This document shows, in pieces, positions 20,776 to 31,971 of a stretch of 64,000 nt of DNA. The first letter of the stretch is position 1; every line of letters begins with the position of its first letter. The DNA is taken from NCBI GenBank assembly GCA_963703955.1, contig CAVPGK010000012.1:64001-128000 (forward strand), given 5' to 3'. Under the pieces are notes generated by a model. The model was given only the letters and a program-made list of their open reading frames with translations, ran no database searches and was not told where the DNA came from. Made by a program: the position numbers and the translations under genes. The DNA is from Nitrospirota bacterium (GTDB lineage Bacteria > Nitrospirota > Nitrospiria > Nitrospirales > Nitrospiraceae).

Positions 20776-23700
20776 ACGACTCGTTCCACAGGGGCGCGTT
20801 CCGCTGTGAGTGGGAGACACACTGTAAAGACCGACCCTTTTCCGACCTCACTGTCCACCAGCAACTGACCGCCATGCCGCTCGACGATTCCCAAACTGAC
20901 CGACAAGCCTAAGCCTGTCCCTTCCCCGATACCCTTGGTCGTGAAGAACGGATCAAAAATGCGCGGCAACACATGGGAAGGAATCCCGCACCCCGTATCT
21001 CCCACTTCGATCGCGCAGCGGTCATCGACCAGGCGAGTTCGGATTCGGATCACCCCGCCGCTCTTGATGGCTTGAATCGCGTTGAGAATCAGATTCATCA
21101 GAACCTGCTCGATCATATGTCGGTCGGCCATCACCGACGGTAGATCAGGGCTCAGGCGCTTCTCCAGCCTGATCCGATTCGCCGTGAAGGCATGGTCCGT
21201 CAAGACGAGGACCCGTTCGACGACAGCATTGAGATCCGTCACAGACAATGCGGGCTCGTGCTGCTGAGAAAAGTCCAACAATTGCCGGACGATTTTCTGA
21301 ACGCGGCGGAGACCGTCCTCCATGGAAAGGAGGTATTCCTCCTGCCGATCGGACGACAACGTTCCTCTCCGGATATTGTAGAGACAGTTGAGGATCCCGC
21401 CCAACGGATTGTTGATTTCATGGGCCACTCCCGCCGCCAGCATCCCGACCGACACGAGTTTTTCCGAGTTCCGAATCTGCTGTTCGAGCTTTTTCGTCGC
21501 GGTGATGTCCCGCGCGATGCCCAGCACTCCCATGATGTGTCCCTCCGGACCGCAGAGCGGGGACACACTGACCATGACCACGCGGGTCTGTCCCGATCGG
21601 GTCATCACTTCCACCTCATACATTTGCTTGGCGCCGATATCCAACGTGCTCTTCAGCCGGCGGCCCCGATGCCGCTTGGATAGCAGAGAAAGATACGGGC
21701 GGCCGATCAGATCCTCCTTGCGATATCCCCACGCCTCGACCTTGCTGTTGACGTACGTGAACCGCTGCTCTACGTCCAATGTGTAAATGACGTCATTCGC
21801 GTTCTCCAACAGATTTTCCAGGTATCGCTTGGTTTCTTCGATTTCCCGCGTCCGCTCCCGTACTTTCGCTTCCAGCTCTTCACTGTATTGCTGAAGCCGT
21901 TGCTCGAAGCGCTTGCGCTCGGTGATATCGTGAAGTTGGACCATCACGGATGGCGAGGCCCCGTCCATGATTCGAATCAGGTCCATCTCGACCGGCCTCA
22001 ATGTGCCAGGCTGATTGATGACTTCAATCTCGTGCGCCGTCACCTGGCTCTCGCCCTGCACAATTTTCTTGAACAACGTATCCGTGACTTCATGGTAGGC
22101 AGACTGCACGAATTCAAGGAACGGCCGCCCCACTACGCGAGCTTCAGCGTAACCCAGCGTATGTTCCTCACGTTTATTGACGGCGATCACGCGACCTTGG
22201 CCATCGACCATAAACACCGAATCGGCCGCCAGATCGAAGAGCGCTTTGTAGCGTTGCTGTGATTGGGACAGTTGCAGAGTCCTCTCCGCCACTTCTTGTT
22301 CCAACTGGGTCGTGTAACGCTGCACCTCTCGTTCAAGCAGCTTTCGCTGTGTAATATCCCGGACAAACGCCCGTGAATAGACAAGCCCCCCGCCTTCCGA
22401 ATCAAAAAGGGCGGTGGAGTGAATTTCGACATCGATCGGCCTTCCCTCCCGGGTGAGGAACACCGTTTCGATCGTCCCTTTGCCCTCCGACATCAGCCGC
22501 TCCAGGTAGGCCAGCGCTTCCCGCTCTCTTCCCGGCGGGACGATATCCCAGAGACGCATGCCCAACATTTCCTCGCGGGCATAGCCGAGCTTCTCCAACT
22601 CCGTCTTGTTGACATGCACGAACTGACCAACCTTGTTCAACTGGTGAATCATCTCCGGGGAGTTTTCAATCAAATCGCGGTACTTTTCCTCAAGTCTGCG
22701 GATCTCAGCCATCCGCTCTTCGAGCTGGCCGAATGATTGCCTCAAGTTCCCGGCCATTCGATTGAATGCCTCGGCGAGGTGTTCGATCTCATCGCCGGTC
22801 TGGATGGTCAATTGATGATCGAGGCTGCCGGCTCCGATCTGCTGGGCACCTTCATGCAGGAGCCGGATGGGTCGGACAAGGCGACGAGCGACCACCACCC
22901 CAGTTCCCCACAGCACCGCCAAGACAACCGCTCCATAAGCGGCGACCTGGCCGAGCAGCTGATTGATCGAGGCATAGGTTTCATCGGGATCCTGGCGCAC
23001 GAACGTCAACCATCGTTTGCCTCCAAGGCTCGCGGGAGCCAGTTGATCCCCCAAACGAACCGGGGCGATGCCGACGATCGAATTTCGTCCGCCGTGCGAA
23101 TCATCGGTCGCCACAAATGATCCGGCGTGTGAGCGGTCCACTTCCCTGAGGAGATCCGGGCTGGTCACGTGTTCTTCCGGAGATAAAACCGGACAGATCA
23201 GCGGAACGCCGTCGGAACTCATCAACATGGCGTGGCCCGTCGCGCCGATCGTGACCTCCGAGATCGAATGAAAGAGGGAATCCCGACGGAGCAGCAGGCT
23301 GACGGTGCCGACGGGAGCCCGTTGCTCGTCATCAAGAATGGGCACCGATACATTCAGCACATGGGTTCCAAACGAAGGATCAAAATAGATGTCGCTCACG
23401 TAAACCTTTCCGCTCCCCTCCAGAAAAGCGGCTTGCCACCACGCGCTTTTGCCGTAGTAGTACTCCACCTGCGGGATGGAACTCACGACCAGCGCGCCCC
23501 GATTGTCCGTCACCAGGATTGCGATGTAATCAGACTTTCTGATGTCATGCCACCGAATCAGATAATTTGTGACGATCCGGTTGATGAAGAGAGGAAACTC
23601 GTGCCGACGTTCCCGTCCCCGCCATTGTCGTTGCCAGTCTCCAATCATCGCCTGGACGCTTCGTTCGTCCTTCCCGGTATAGCTTCGGTTGGCTTCCGTG

Positions 23701-23951
23701 ACCGACGTCCTGAGAAACGGGATGGTCGCGAGCTGTTGGGCTTCATTGATGCCGCGGGTCACCTGCATCTCGATTCGACGGGCAGCCTCGACCGCAAGTT
23801 CCTTAAAATTGGCGCCGACGGTTTCACGGAGCGCTCGTTGCTCTTCCTTGTAGGTGAGGATTAAGGACAGGGTGAGCGGCAGGAGACCGACCATCACAAT
23901 GGCTGTGATGATCTTTCGCTGGAGGCTCTGCGATCCACTCCAGAGTTTCAT
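20772..23951 (-). CDS. Membrane sensor histidine kinase (Cache-HAMP-3xPAS-HisKA-HATPase)
   Basis: Two TM helices around a periplasmic domain, DEIEHLAEAFNRM, three PAS repeats, AHEINNPL, NLILNA, FFTTK, GTGLGL. Confidence 0.93.
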   Translation of the reverse strand: MKLWSGSQSLQRKIITAIVMVGLLPLTLSLILTYKEEQRALRETVGANFKELAVEAARRIEMQVTRGINEAQQLATIPFLRTSVTEANRSYTGKDERSVQAMIGDWQRQWRGRERRHEFPLFINRIVTNYLIRWHDIRKSDYIAILVTDNRGALVVSSIPQVEYYYGKSAWWQAAFLEGSGKVYVSDIYFDPSFGTHVLNVSVPILDDEQRAPVGTVSLLLRRDSLFHSISEVTIGATGHAMLMSSDGVPLICPVLSPEEHVTSPDLLREVDRSHAGSFVATDDSHGGRNSIVGIAPVRLGDQLAPASLGGKRWLTFVRQDPDETYASINQLLGQVAAYGAVVLAVLWGTGVVVARRLVRPIRLLHEGAQQIGAGSLDHQLTIQTGDEIEHLAEAFNRMAGNLRQSFGQLEERMAEIRRLEEKYRDLIENSPEMIHQLNKVGQFVHVNKTELEKLGYAREEMLGMRLWDIVPPGREREALAYLERLMSEGKGTIETVFLTREGRPIDVEIHSTALFDSEGGGLVYSRAFVRDITQRKLLEREVQRYTTQLEQEVAERTLQLSQSQQRYKALFDLAADSVFMVDGQGRVIAVNKREEHTLGYAEARVVGRPFLEFVQSAYHEVTDTLFKKIVQGESQVTAHEIEVINQPGTLRPVEMDLIRIMDGASPSVMVQLHDITERKRFEQRLQQYSEELEAKVRERTREIEETKRYLENLLENANDVIYTLDVEQRFTYVNSKVEAWGYRKEDLIGRPYLSLLSKRHRGRRLKSTLDIGAKQMYEVEVMTRSGQTRVVMVSVSPLCGPEGHIMGVLGIARDITATKKLEQQIRNSEKLVSVGMLAAGVAHEINNPLGGILNCLYNIRRGTLSSDRQEEYLLSMEDGLRRVQKIVRQLLDFSQQHEPALSVTDLNAVVERVLVLTDHAFTANRIRLEKRLSPDLPSVMADRHMIEQVLMNLILNAIQAIKSGGVIRIRTRLVDDRCAIEVGDTGCGIPSHVLPRIFDPFFTTKGIGEGTGLGLSVSLGIVERHGGQLLVDSEVGKGSVFTVCLPLTAERAPVERVV

Positions 23952-23983
23952 TTTGGTAACAGGGCTCAGGAATCTAAGTCTTT

Positions 23984-24012
23984 ATTTTCATTCATGCTCT
24001 GCCCCATGTCAA
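23984..24012 (-). promoter_or_regulatory. Putative sigma70 promoter of the kinase-regulator pair
   Basis: TTGACA-N17-GAAAAT on the minus strand. Confidence 0.4.
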
Positions 24013-24032
24013 GCAGGGGTAACGTTCTGACC

Positions 24033-24951
24033 CTAGCCGCGTGTGAGTAATCGTCCCTTGCCGCCTGGCCACATGATCAACAGCGGGCTGGCCACGAAGA
24101 TCGACGAATAGGTCCCGATGATGACACCCCACAGAAGCGTCAGCGAGAAATCATGCAGGACCTCGCCGCCCGCCAGCGTCAACGGAATGAGGACCAGGAC
24201 CACGGTCAGACTGGTCACGATCGTCCTGCTTAAGACTTGGTTAATGCCATTATTAATGACGGTCCCGATATCATCCCTCCGGCGAAGCCGCAGATTTTCT
24301 CGGATCCGGTCGAACACCACCACGGTGTCCGTCAGCGAATAGCCCGCCAGCGTCAAAAGCGCTGTGATGACCAGCAAGGTAATCTCCCTATCAAGAATAT
24401 AGAAGGCGCCTAACACAGCCAACACGTCGTGAAAGGTCGCGATGGCGGCCGCGATCCCGAATCGGAATTCGAACCTGGCGGCGATGTAGAAAATAATGCC
24501 GGCGAAGGAAATGACGATTGCGATCAGCGCATCCTGCTGCAGCTTTTTCCCGATGGTCGGGCCGATCTTCAGTCGAAGAATCCACGATGAATTTATTATC
24601 GGGAAACTCCTTGGCGAAGACCGCCACAATACGGTCGGCGATCTTCTCCTCGATTGTCGTCGTGGCTTTGACTCTGACCAGGATCTTTTTCTCTTCGACA
24701 AATTCCTGCAACTCGACGTTCGCGAGCCCATTGGCCTCCAAGGCTTTGCGCGCTTCATCTATGCGAATCGGCCGGTCGAATTTCAGCTGGACGGCCGTGC
24801 CGCCGGCAAAATCGATGCCTAGGTTAGCGGCGCCGCGGGCTATCTGAACAACTGCGATAACGCCCAGTACCGTCAGGATGCCGGAAAAGATAAAGGCAAG
24901 ATGACGCTTCCCCATAAAATCGATATTAGTCTTCCCCAGGATTTCGAGCAT
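24033..24951 (-). CDS. secF: Protein translocase subunit SecF (one frameshift near 24570)
   Basis: LGIDFAGG in the 5' fragment; IGPTIG, FHDV, GYSLTDTVVVFDRIRE and GTYSSIF in the 3' fragment. Confidence 0.9.
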
Positions 24952-25063
24952 GCTATCTCCTACTGCAGAACTCAGTGATCTTCGCCTCAGCGATCACCGG
25001 CCAATTTTCAGTCCTCTTGGACGATGCGGAAGCCTGAAAACTAATGACCGAACCCTCTTCCCA

Positions 25064-26707
25064 TCAAATGCTCAGTCGCTCGACCTTCCAGCGTGCGTTC
25101 AGCGTGTCGAAGACGACTTTAGTTCCGACGAGCGCCGTGAACAGATTGATGGCGATGCCGAGACAGAGGGTAACGGCGAAGCCTTTGATCGGGCCGGTTC
25201 CGAAAAGAAAGAGCGCCAACCCGGTGATCAAGGTCGTCACGTGGGAGTCGATGATGGTCAGCAAGGCCTTGTCATATCCCCCGTCCACCGCCAGACGAAC
25301 GGGTTTGCCATGCCGCAACTCTTCACGAATCCGTTCAAATATCAGAACGTTGGAATCTACCCCCATCCCGATTGTGAGAATGATTCCGGCGATACCGGGA
25401 AGCGTCAGCGTGGCATTGAGCGCGGCCAGAGCCCCGATCAAGCAAATCAGATTCAGAGCAAGGGCAACGTCCGCGATGACGCCCGACAGCCGGTAATAGA
25501 CCATCATGAACAACACGACCGTTGCGCCGGCAATCAAAGTGGATCGGATGCCCTTTTCAATGGAATCCCTCCCCAGGGAAGGCCCAACCGTCAAATCCTG
25601 AATGATTTTCAGCGGGGCTGGCAGCGCACCCGCGCGAAGGACGATGGCCAGGTCATTGGCCTCCTGCGTGCTGAAGGTACCGGTGATCTGCGCACGACCA
25701 CCGCTGATGCGTTCTTGAATGACCGGGGCGGAATAGATGGTATTGTCCAGCACGATAGCCATGCGTTTTTTGACGTTCTCCGCAGTGATCCGATCGAATT
25801 CGCGGGCTCCCTTGGCATCGAAAGTGACCGAGACGTAGGGATCATTGAACTGGCCAATGGAGACACGGGCATCACTTAACACATCTCCGGCTAACATCAC
25901 CCGCTTCTTCACCAGGTAGGGAATGCGGAATTCCCGCCCGCTATCTTTGTCCAAGACCTTCTCAAAGAGAATCTGGTCCCCCTCCGGCAGCTTGCCTTCA
26001 AACTGCTGAAGGACCTCCGCTTCCTTCGATTTGGGTACGCGCTGAGGCAGATCCATGGCGAGCTTGCTCGACTCATCCAACAGCTTGAATTCCAGCAGCG
26101 CCGTTTCCTTGATCAAATCCTTGGCTCGTTTTGGATCCTGAATGCCCGGCAGTTGGACCACGATCTGCTTGAGGCCTTGCCTCTGGATCAGTGGTTCTGC
26201 GACGCCAAACTGATCGATGCGGTTTCGAATCGTCTCCAGCGCCTGGTTGATCGCGGAGTCCTTGATCCGCTTCATCTCCCCATCACGCAAGGCATAGACG
26301 AGACTGTTGGAAGAGCCCGAGCCTTCGACCTCGAAAAATGAAGGAAACTCTTCCATGACCTTCTGAACCTGCGATTTCAGTTCCGCGTCTTGAAACCGCA
26401 ACGTGACTTGAGCGTTTCCCGTCCGTTTGATGGATTCAACCGGAATCTTCTTATCGACCAAGAGATCTTGGATCGCGTTCACGGATCGATCCACGGCAAT
26501 TTCAACCGCGCGTTCCTCTTCGACCTCGAGAACCAAATGAATCCCCCCCTGAAGATCGAGCCCTAGTGTGATTCCCTTGTTCGGCATGATCTTCTTGAGC
26601 CAGTCCGGAAGCGCCTGATACGCCGTTGGGTAAGAAGGAAGGAAGAACACGATCGAGAGTACGAGTACTATTCCGACCAAGGCAAACCGACCGCCGACTT
26701 TTTTCAT
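25064..26707 (-). CDS. secD: Protein translocase subunit SecD
   Basis: LGLDLQGG, RIDQFGVAEP, LRAGALPAP, VGPSLG, VDSNVLIFERIREE. Confidence 0.96.
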   Translation of the reverse strand: MKKVGGRFALVGIVLVLSIVFFLPSYPTAYQALPDWLKKIMPNKGITLGLDLQGGIHLVLEVEEERAVEIAVDRSVNAIQDLLVDKKIPVESIKRTGNAQVTLRFQDAELKSQVQKVMEEFPSFFEVEGSGSSNSLVYALRDGEMKRIKDSAINQALETIRNRIDQFGVAEPLIQRQGLKQIVVQLPGIQDPKRAKDLIKETALLEFKLLDESSKLAMDLPQRVPKSKEAEVLQQFEGKLPEGDQILFEKVLDKDSGREFRIPYLVKKRVMLAGDVLSDARVSIGQFNDPYVSVTFDAKGAREFDRITAENVKKRMAIVLDNTIYSAPVIQERISGGRAQITGTFSTQEANDLAIVLRAGALPAPLKIIQDLTVGPSLGRDSIEKGIRSTLIAGATVVLFMMVYYRLSGVIADVALALNLICLIGALAALNATLTLPGIAGIILTIGMGVDSNVLIFERIREELRHGKPVRLAVDGGYDKALLTIIDSHVTTLITGLALFLFGTGPIKGFAVTLCLGIAINLFTALVGTKVVFDTLNARWKVERLSI

Positions 26708-26787
26708 CCTGAGATCAATCCTTTCTCAATACGACCAGACGCCGGAGAGACTGTGGAAAGAACAGTAGTGGGCAGTCCGGCCCCTCT

Positions 26788-27110
26788 CTACTCCTCATCT
26801 TCCGCTCGTACTCGCGCAATATGATCACGCTGAATTTTTATCTTGGTGTTGTCCCCCACCTGCAGGGTGACCGTCTCTTTTCCGAGGTTGGTAACGGTCC
26901 CCCAGATACCGCCAGAAGTGACCACCTTGTCGCCCTTCTTCAGGGCATCCACCATCGCCTTGACTTTCTTCTGCCGTTTCTGCTGCGGCAAGATCAGGAG
27001 AAAGTAAAAGACCACAAAAATCAGAATGAACGGCACAAAAGACAACCAGGTTCCGCTGGCGTTCCCCGCGGGTTGACTCCCTTGCGCCCAGGCCACTCCA
27101 GCCATCATCA

Positions 27111-27114
<4 letters not shown>
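26788..27114 (-). CDS. yajC: Preprotein translocase subunit YajC
   Basis: FYFLLILPQQKRQK, LKKGDKVVTSGGIWG; lies between tgt and secD. Confidence 0.93.
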
Positions 27115-28292
<1,178 letters not shown>

Positions 28293-28403
28293 CTCGTTTC
28301 TTTGGTGGAACCGTTAAGACCAAAACCGCTCGCTCGTGCCCATTCAAGAGAATGTCCGGATGGACACGCGAGCGCGGTGGGCAGCCATACCGGTCTGTCC
28401 ATT

Positions 28404-30160
28404 TTACATTCGATCTGGGCAGACACTCCCAAGAGCGTCAGGCCGTTTCTGATCACGGTCTGAATCTGGCGCATCAGGACCAACCGCGCGGCCGTGAGAG
28501 AGGGCGTCACGGTCTCCCGCTGTTTCACAAGAGACACCCCATCCTGAAGAACCCGTTCATCCGTCGGATCGCCTTCAACCGCCGCCGGCATGATGCGATG
28601 TTTGTAATAGAAGGTGTGAAGTAGTCCGGCAAGCTCCTGCAAATAGAACGTGAGGCGATGCGGCTCGAGCGCCGCCGCGCTGGCCTGGACAACCGAGGGG
28701 TAGGCCGACAGTTTTCGGATCAAGCCGAACTCCTCAGCGTCCTGCAGTACCGTCAGATCCGTCTCCTTCGCCGTTGGGACCGGAATTCCCCGCTCTGCTG
28801 CGACACGAAAGAGACTCGACAGCCTAGCGTGCGCATACTGCACGTAATAAACTGGGTTCTCCGCCGACTGCTGTTTCGCCAGGTCCAGGTCAAAATCCAG
28901 GTGTGTGTCGGACCGCCGCATCAAGAAGAAAAACTTGGCCGCGTCGGCCCCCACCTCATCCATCACCTCGCGCAGCGTGATAAACTCGCCGGCACGCTTC
29001 GACATTTCGACCTTCTGACCGGCTCTCATCAAACTGACCATCTGGACAAGCACCACGCGCAGGCGGTCCTTCGGATGGCCATAGGCCTCAACCACAGCTT
29101 GCATTCTGGAGATGTAGCCATGATGGTCGGCGCCCCAGACATTGACGAGCAGATCATACCCTCGCAGAAGCTTGTCCCGATGATAGGCGATATCGGACGC
29201 CAGGTATGTCCATTCTCCTTCACGTTTTCGAACCACACGATCTTTATCGTCACCGAATGCCGAAGAGCGAAACCACAGCGCGCCCTCTTCTTCGAACAAC
29301 AAATCGCGTGCCCTCAACTCGTCCAAGTTTCGTTCCACGGACCCCGATGTGACCAAGGATGCTTCGCTAAACCACGAATCGAACGTGATGCCGAACTGCG
29401 CAAGATCGGCCCGGACCATGGCCAGCAGCTCCTGGCCGGCCAGTTCGCGGCATCGTTCCTCAGCTTCCTTGGCCGGCATATCGAGCAGGTTATTTCCGAC
29501 ACGTTCACTAATATGCAACGCCATGCGTTTGATGTAGTCTCCGTGGTACCCGTCTTCCGGAAACTCCGCAGCTCGGCCGTAGAATTCCAGATAGCGCGCA
29601 TAAACCGAGGCGCCCAGCAACTTCATCTGCCGGCCCGCATCGTTCACATAATATTCCGTCACAACGTCATATCCGGCCGAGTTCAGCAGATTGGAGATCG
29701 CCTGCCCGACCGCCGCACCCCGTCCGTGACCGACATGTAGCGGACCGGTCGGATTGGCGCTGACGTACTCAACCAGGACCCGTTTGCCCTGACCGATATC
29801 CGACCGCCCGTACGCCACGTCCTGTTCCTCAATTTCGAACAGGACCTCGAGCCAGAGATCGCGCTTGATCGTCATGTTTAGAAAGCCAGGACGAACAATG
29901 TCGACCCGATCGAAGATCCTGTCCCGCTGACTGATGTTGTCCAGGATGATCTGCGCGACCGCTTCGGGGGATCGGTGCTCGGAGGACGCAAGGGTCATGG
30001 CAACCGTGGAAGCCAAATCACCCCATTCCGGTCGTTTCGGAAGGTCCAAGGACACGACCGGAATGGACGCGACCTTCAATTCTCCCTTTTGTTTGGCCTG
30101 GCGTAGGGCGTTCTGAAGAGCATCAACGACCTTTTCTCGTACAATATCCTGGGACACCAA
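28404..30160 (-). CDS. argS: Arginine--tRNA ligase (likely one-base deletion just before the natural end)
   Basis: SANPTGPLHVGHGRG, GADHHGY, MSKRAG, NPVYYVQYAHAR; restoring one C gives the canonical end LGVSAPDRM-TAA at 28404. Confidence 0.95.
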
Positions 30161-30204
30161 CGTCTCCTAACTCCTTGACCTTTCTCAAAAAGCAGCACGG
30201 GAAT

Positions 30205-31245
30205 CTAGCACAAGTCCTTCGACATAACAAGACGATCGGTCATCGTGGAATGGCCATCACGACGTGTCAGCATGTGGTCACACGCTCGAATGATTGTCTC
30301 CGGATGAATTCGCAAACACGACTTCTCAGAACACGTCCGGATCGACTCCCACCCTTCGCATCGGCAGGTCTCCCCCGTCAGCACGGTGACGCCCACGCTT
30401 CTGGGACTCCACCGCCGAGGGTCGGTCGGCCCGAATAGGGCCACGGTCGACCGGTGGAGCCTGACAGCAAGATGCGTCAGGCCCGAATCATACCCCACAA
30501 AAAGGCTCGCATGCGCGAGCGCTCCAGCGATCGACACCAAATCATCACCTTGCAGGACCGGCGGAACGCTCTTGCAAAGAGCAGCAACACGTGACAGCGC
30601 GTCATCATCGGCCGGTCCCCCGACAAGTACCGACATCATGTCTCGATCCTGACACCAGGAAACCACCTCTACGCACAGCGCCGGATCTCCGCACTTATGA
30701 CGACTGCCGCTCCCCGGGTGAACGACAACCACCGGGCAACCAACGATGACACCAAGGGTTCGCAATCTAGTCCTCCCTGCCTCCACGACCACCTTCGGCA
30801 AAACAAGCGGTGTCCCATCTACTATCCCAGGTGCGACATCCTTAATGGTTTCCAGGAGCCGATCCTCTTGATGTACAGCAACACAAGGAGAGGAGAGGGC
30901 GGATTGCGCAATAACGTGTCGGACACCCGCCTTCATGAGTTCCACACGAAGGATGCTGTCGGCATCCGCCGTCCAGCAGATGGCCAGGTCACACCGTTCA
31001 AGCCAATGTTGCAATTCAGGCCTTACTGACTCGGCTCCTGACAGCATGCTGCTGAGTGACTGGCTCTCCGTTGGGAATATCGCTTGAACCTCCCCGCAAA
31101 CCAGCAGGAGCCGGCTGACCTCACCTTGGGCAAGAAGTCCCAGATCGCAGTGAGGGTATGCTGTCCGCAGTCCCCGAAGCGCTGGAACCGCAAGAAGGAC
31201 ATCACCTATTGCCCCAGGATGGATGGCGAGGATTGTACGTCGCAC
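30205..31245 (-). CDS. Glycosyltransferase family 9 (heptosyltransferase-like)
   Basis: GAIGDVLL, VHPGSGS, DSGLTHLA, ALFGPTDP. Confidence 0.88.
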   Translation of the reverse strand: MRRTILAIHPGAIGDVLLAVPALRGLRTAYPHCDLGLLAQGEVSRLLLVCGEVQAIFPTESQSLSSMLSGAESVRPELQHWLERCDLAICWTADADSILRVELMKAGVRHVIAQSALSSPCVAVHQEDRLLETIKDVAPGIVDGTPLVLPKVVVEAGRTRLRTLGVIVGCPVVVVHPGSGSRHKCGDPALCVEVVSWCQDRDMMSVLVGGPADDDALSRVAALCKSVPPVLQGDDLVSIAGALAHASLFVGYDSGLTHLAVRLHRSTVALFGPTDPRRWSPRSVGVTVLTGETCRCEGWESIRTCSEKSCLRIHPETIIRACDHMLTRRDGHSTMTDRLVMSKDLC

Positions 31246-31248
31246 GAG

Positions 31249-31884
31249 TCAGGCACCTCCTGAACTCAGGTGAGGTCCCGCGTCAAGCTTTCTTGCAAAC
31301 TCGAGGTCAGCAGGACGGTTGACATTCAAAAAAGACAGGAGCTGAGGATCGACGGATTGGATCTCTTCTTCTGAGACAATGCGGACTGCGAGTCCAGGAG
31401 TTTGTGCGAGCTCGTGCAGTCGCAGATTCTGGTCTTTGATCATCCGTTGAAGGTGGGGAAGACAGGTTTTTGAATAGATGGCATGCATGGGCTCCAATCC
31501 GGTCGTTAACCGCGGGATGACAATATCCGCATCGGGGTCAAGACCCGCCATCAAAGCAATGACGGCCGGATCCAAAAACGGCATGTCACATGCGGCGGCG
31601 AACACCTGATCATAGGTCGCGTGTGATAATCCCGTGTACAATCCGCCGAGGCTTCCGCAATTGGGGAATAGGTCCGTGACCACGCGATGGTGTACCCCTG
31701 CCAGTTCGTCGAGCGGTTCCGCCACGACGACGAGTACGTCTGAAAACAGTTCTTCGTATGTCGAGAGAGCCCGCGCGAGTAACGTTTTCCCCCCAAGTTC
31801 GAGAAAGCGCTTATCCTTGCCCATTCGCCGGCTTTTCCCACCGGCCAACAGGACCCCCGCAATGCCCGCAGTAGTAGGGTTCAT
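31249..31884 (-). CDS. mobA: Molybdenum cofactor guanylyltransferase
   Basis: LAGGKSRRMGKDK, ACDMPF, EPMHAIYS, NVNRPAD. Confidence 0.92.
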   Translation of the reverse strand: MNPTTAGIAGVLLAGGKSRRMGKDKRFLELGGKTLLARALSTYEELFSDVLVVVAEPLDELAGVHHRVVTDLFPNCGSLGGLYTGLSHATYDQVFAAACDMPFLDPAVIALMAGLDPDADIVIPRLTTGLEPMHAIYSKTCLPHLQRMIKDQNLRLHELAQTPGLAVRIVSEEEIQSVDPQLLSFLNVNRPADLEFARKLDAGPHLSSGGA

Positions 31885-31914
31885 AAGAGTCCTTACTGAG
31901 TTTGAGTGCGAAAT

Positions 31915-31947
31915 AAAAAAAGGGGGTGGGATAGCCCACCCCCTTTT
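31915..31947 (-). terminator. Rho-independent terminator closing the bd-like oxidase/cytochrome operon
   Basis: AGGGGGTGGG-loop-CCCACCCCCT stem followed by a T tract on the minus strand. Confidence 0.85.
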
Positions 31948-31971
31948 CCGGCACCTCAAGACACGAAAGGA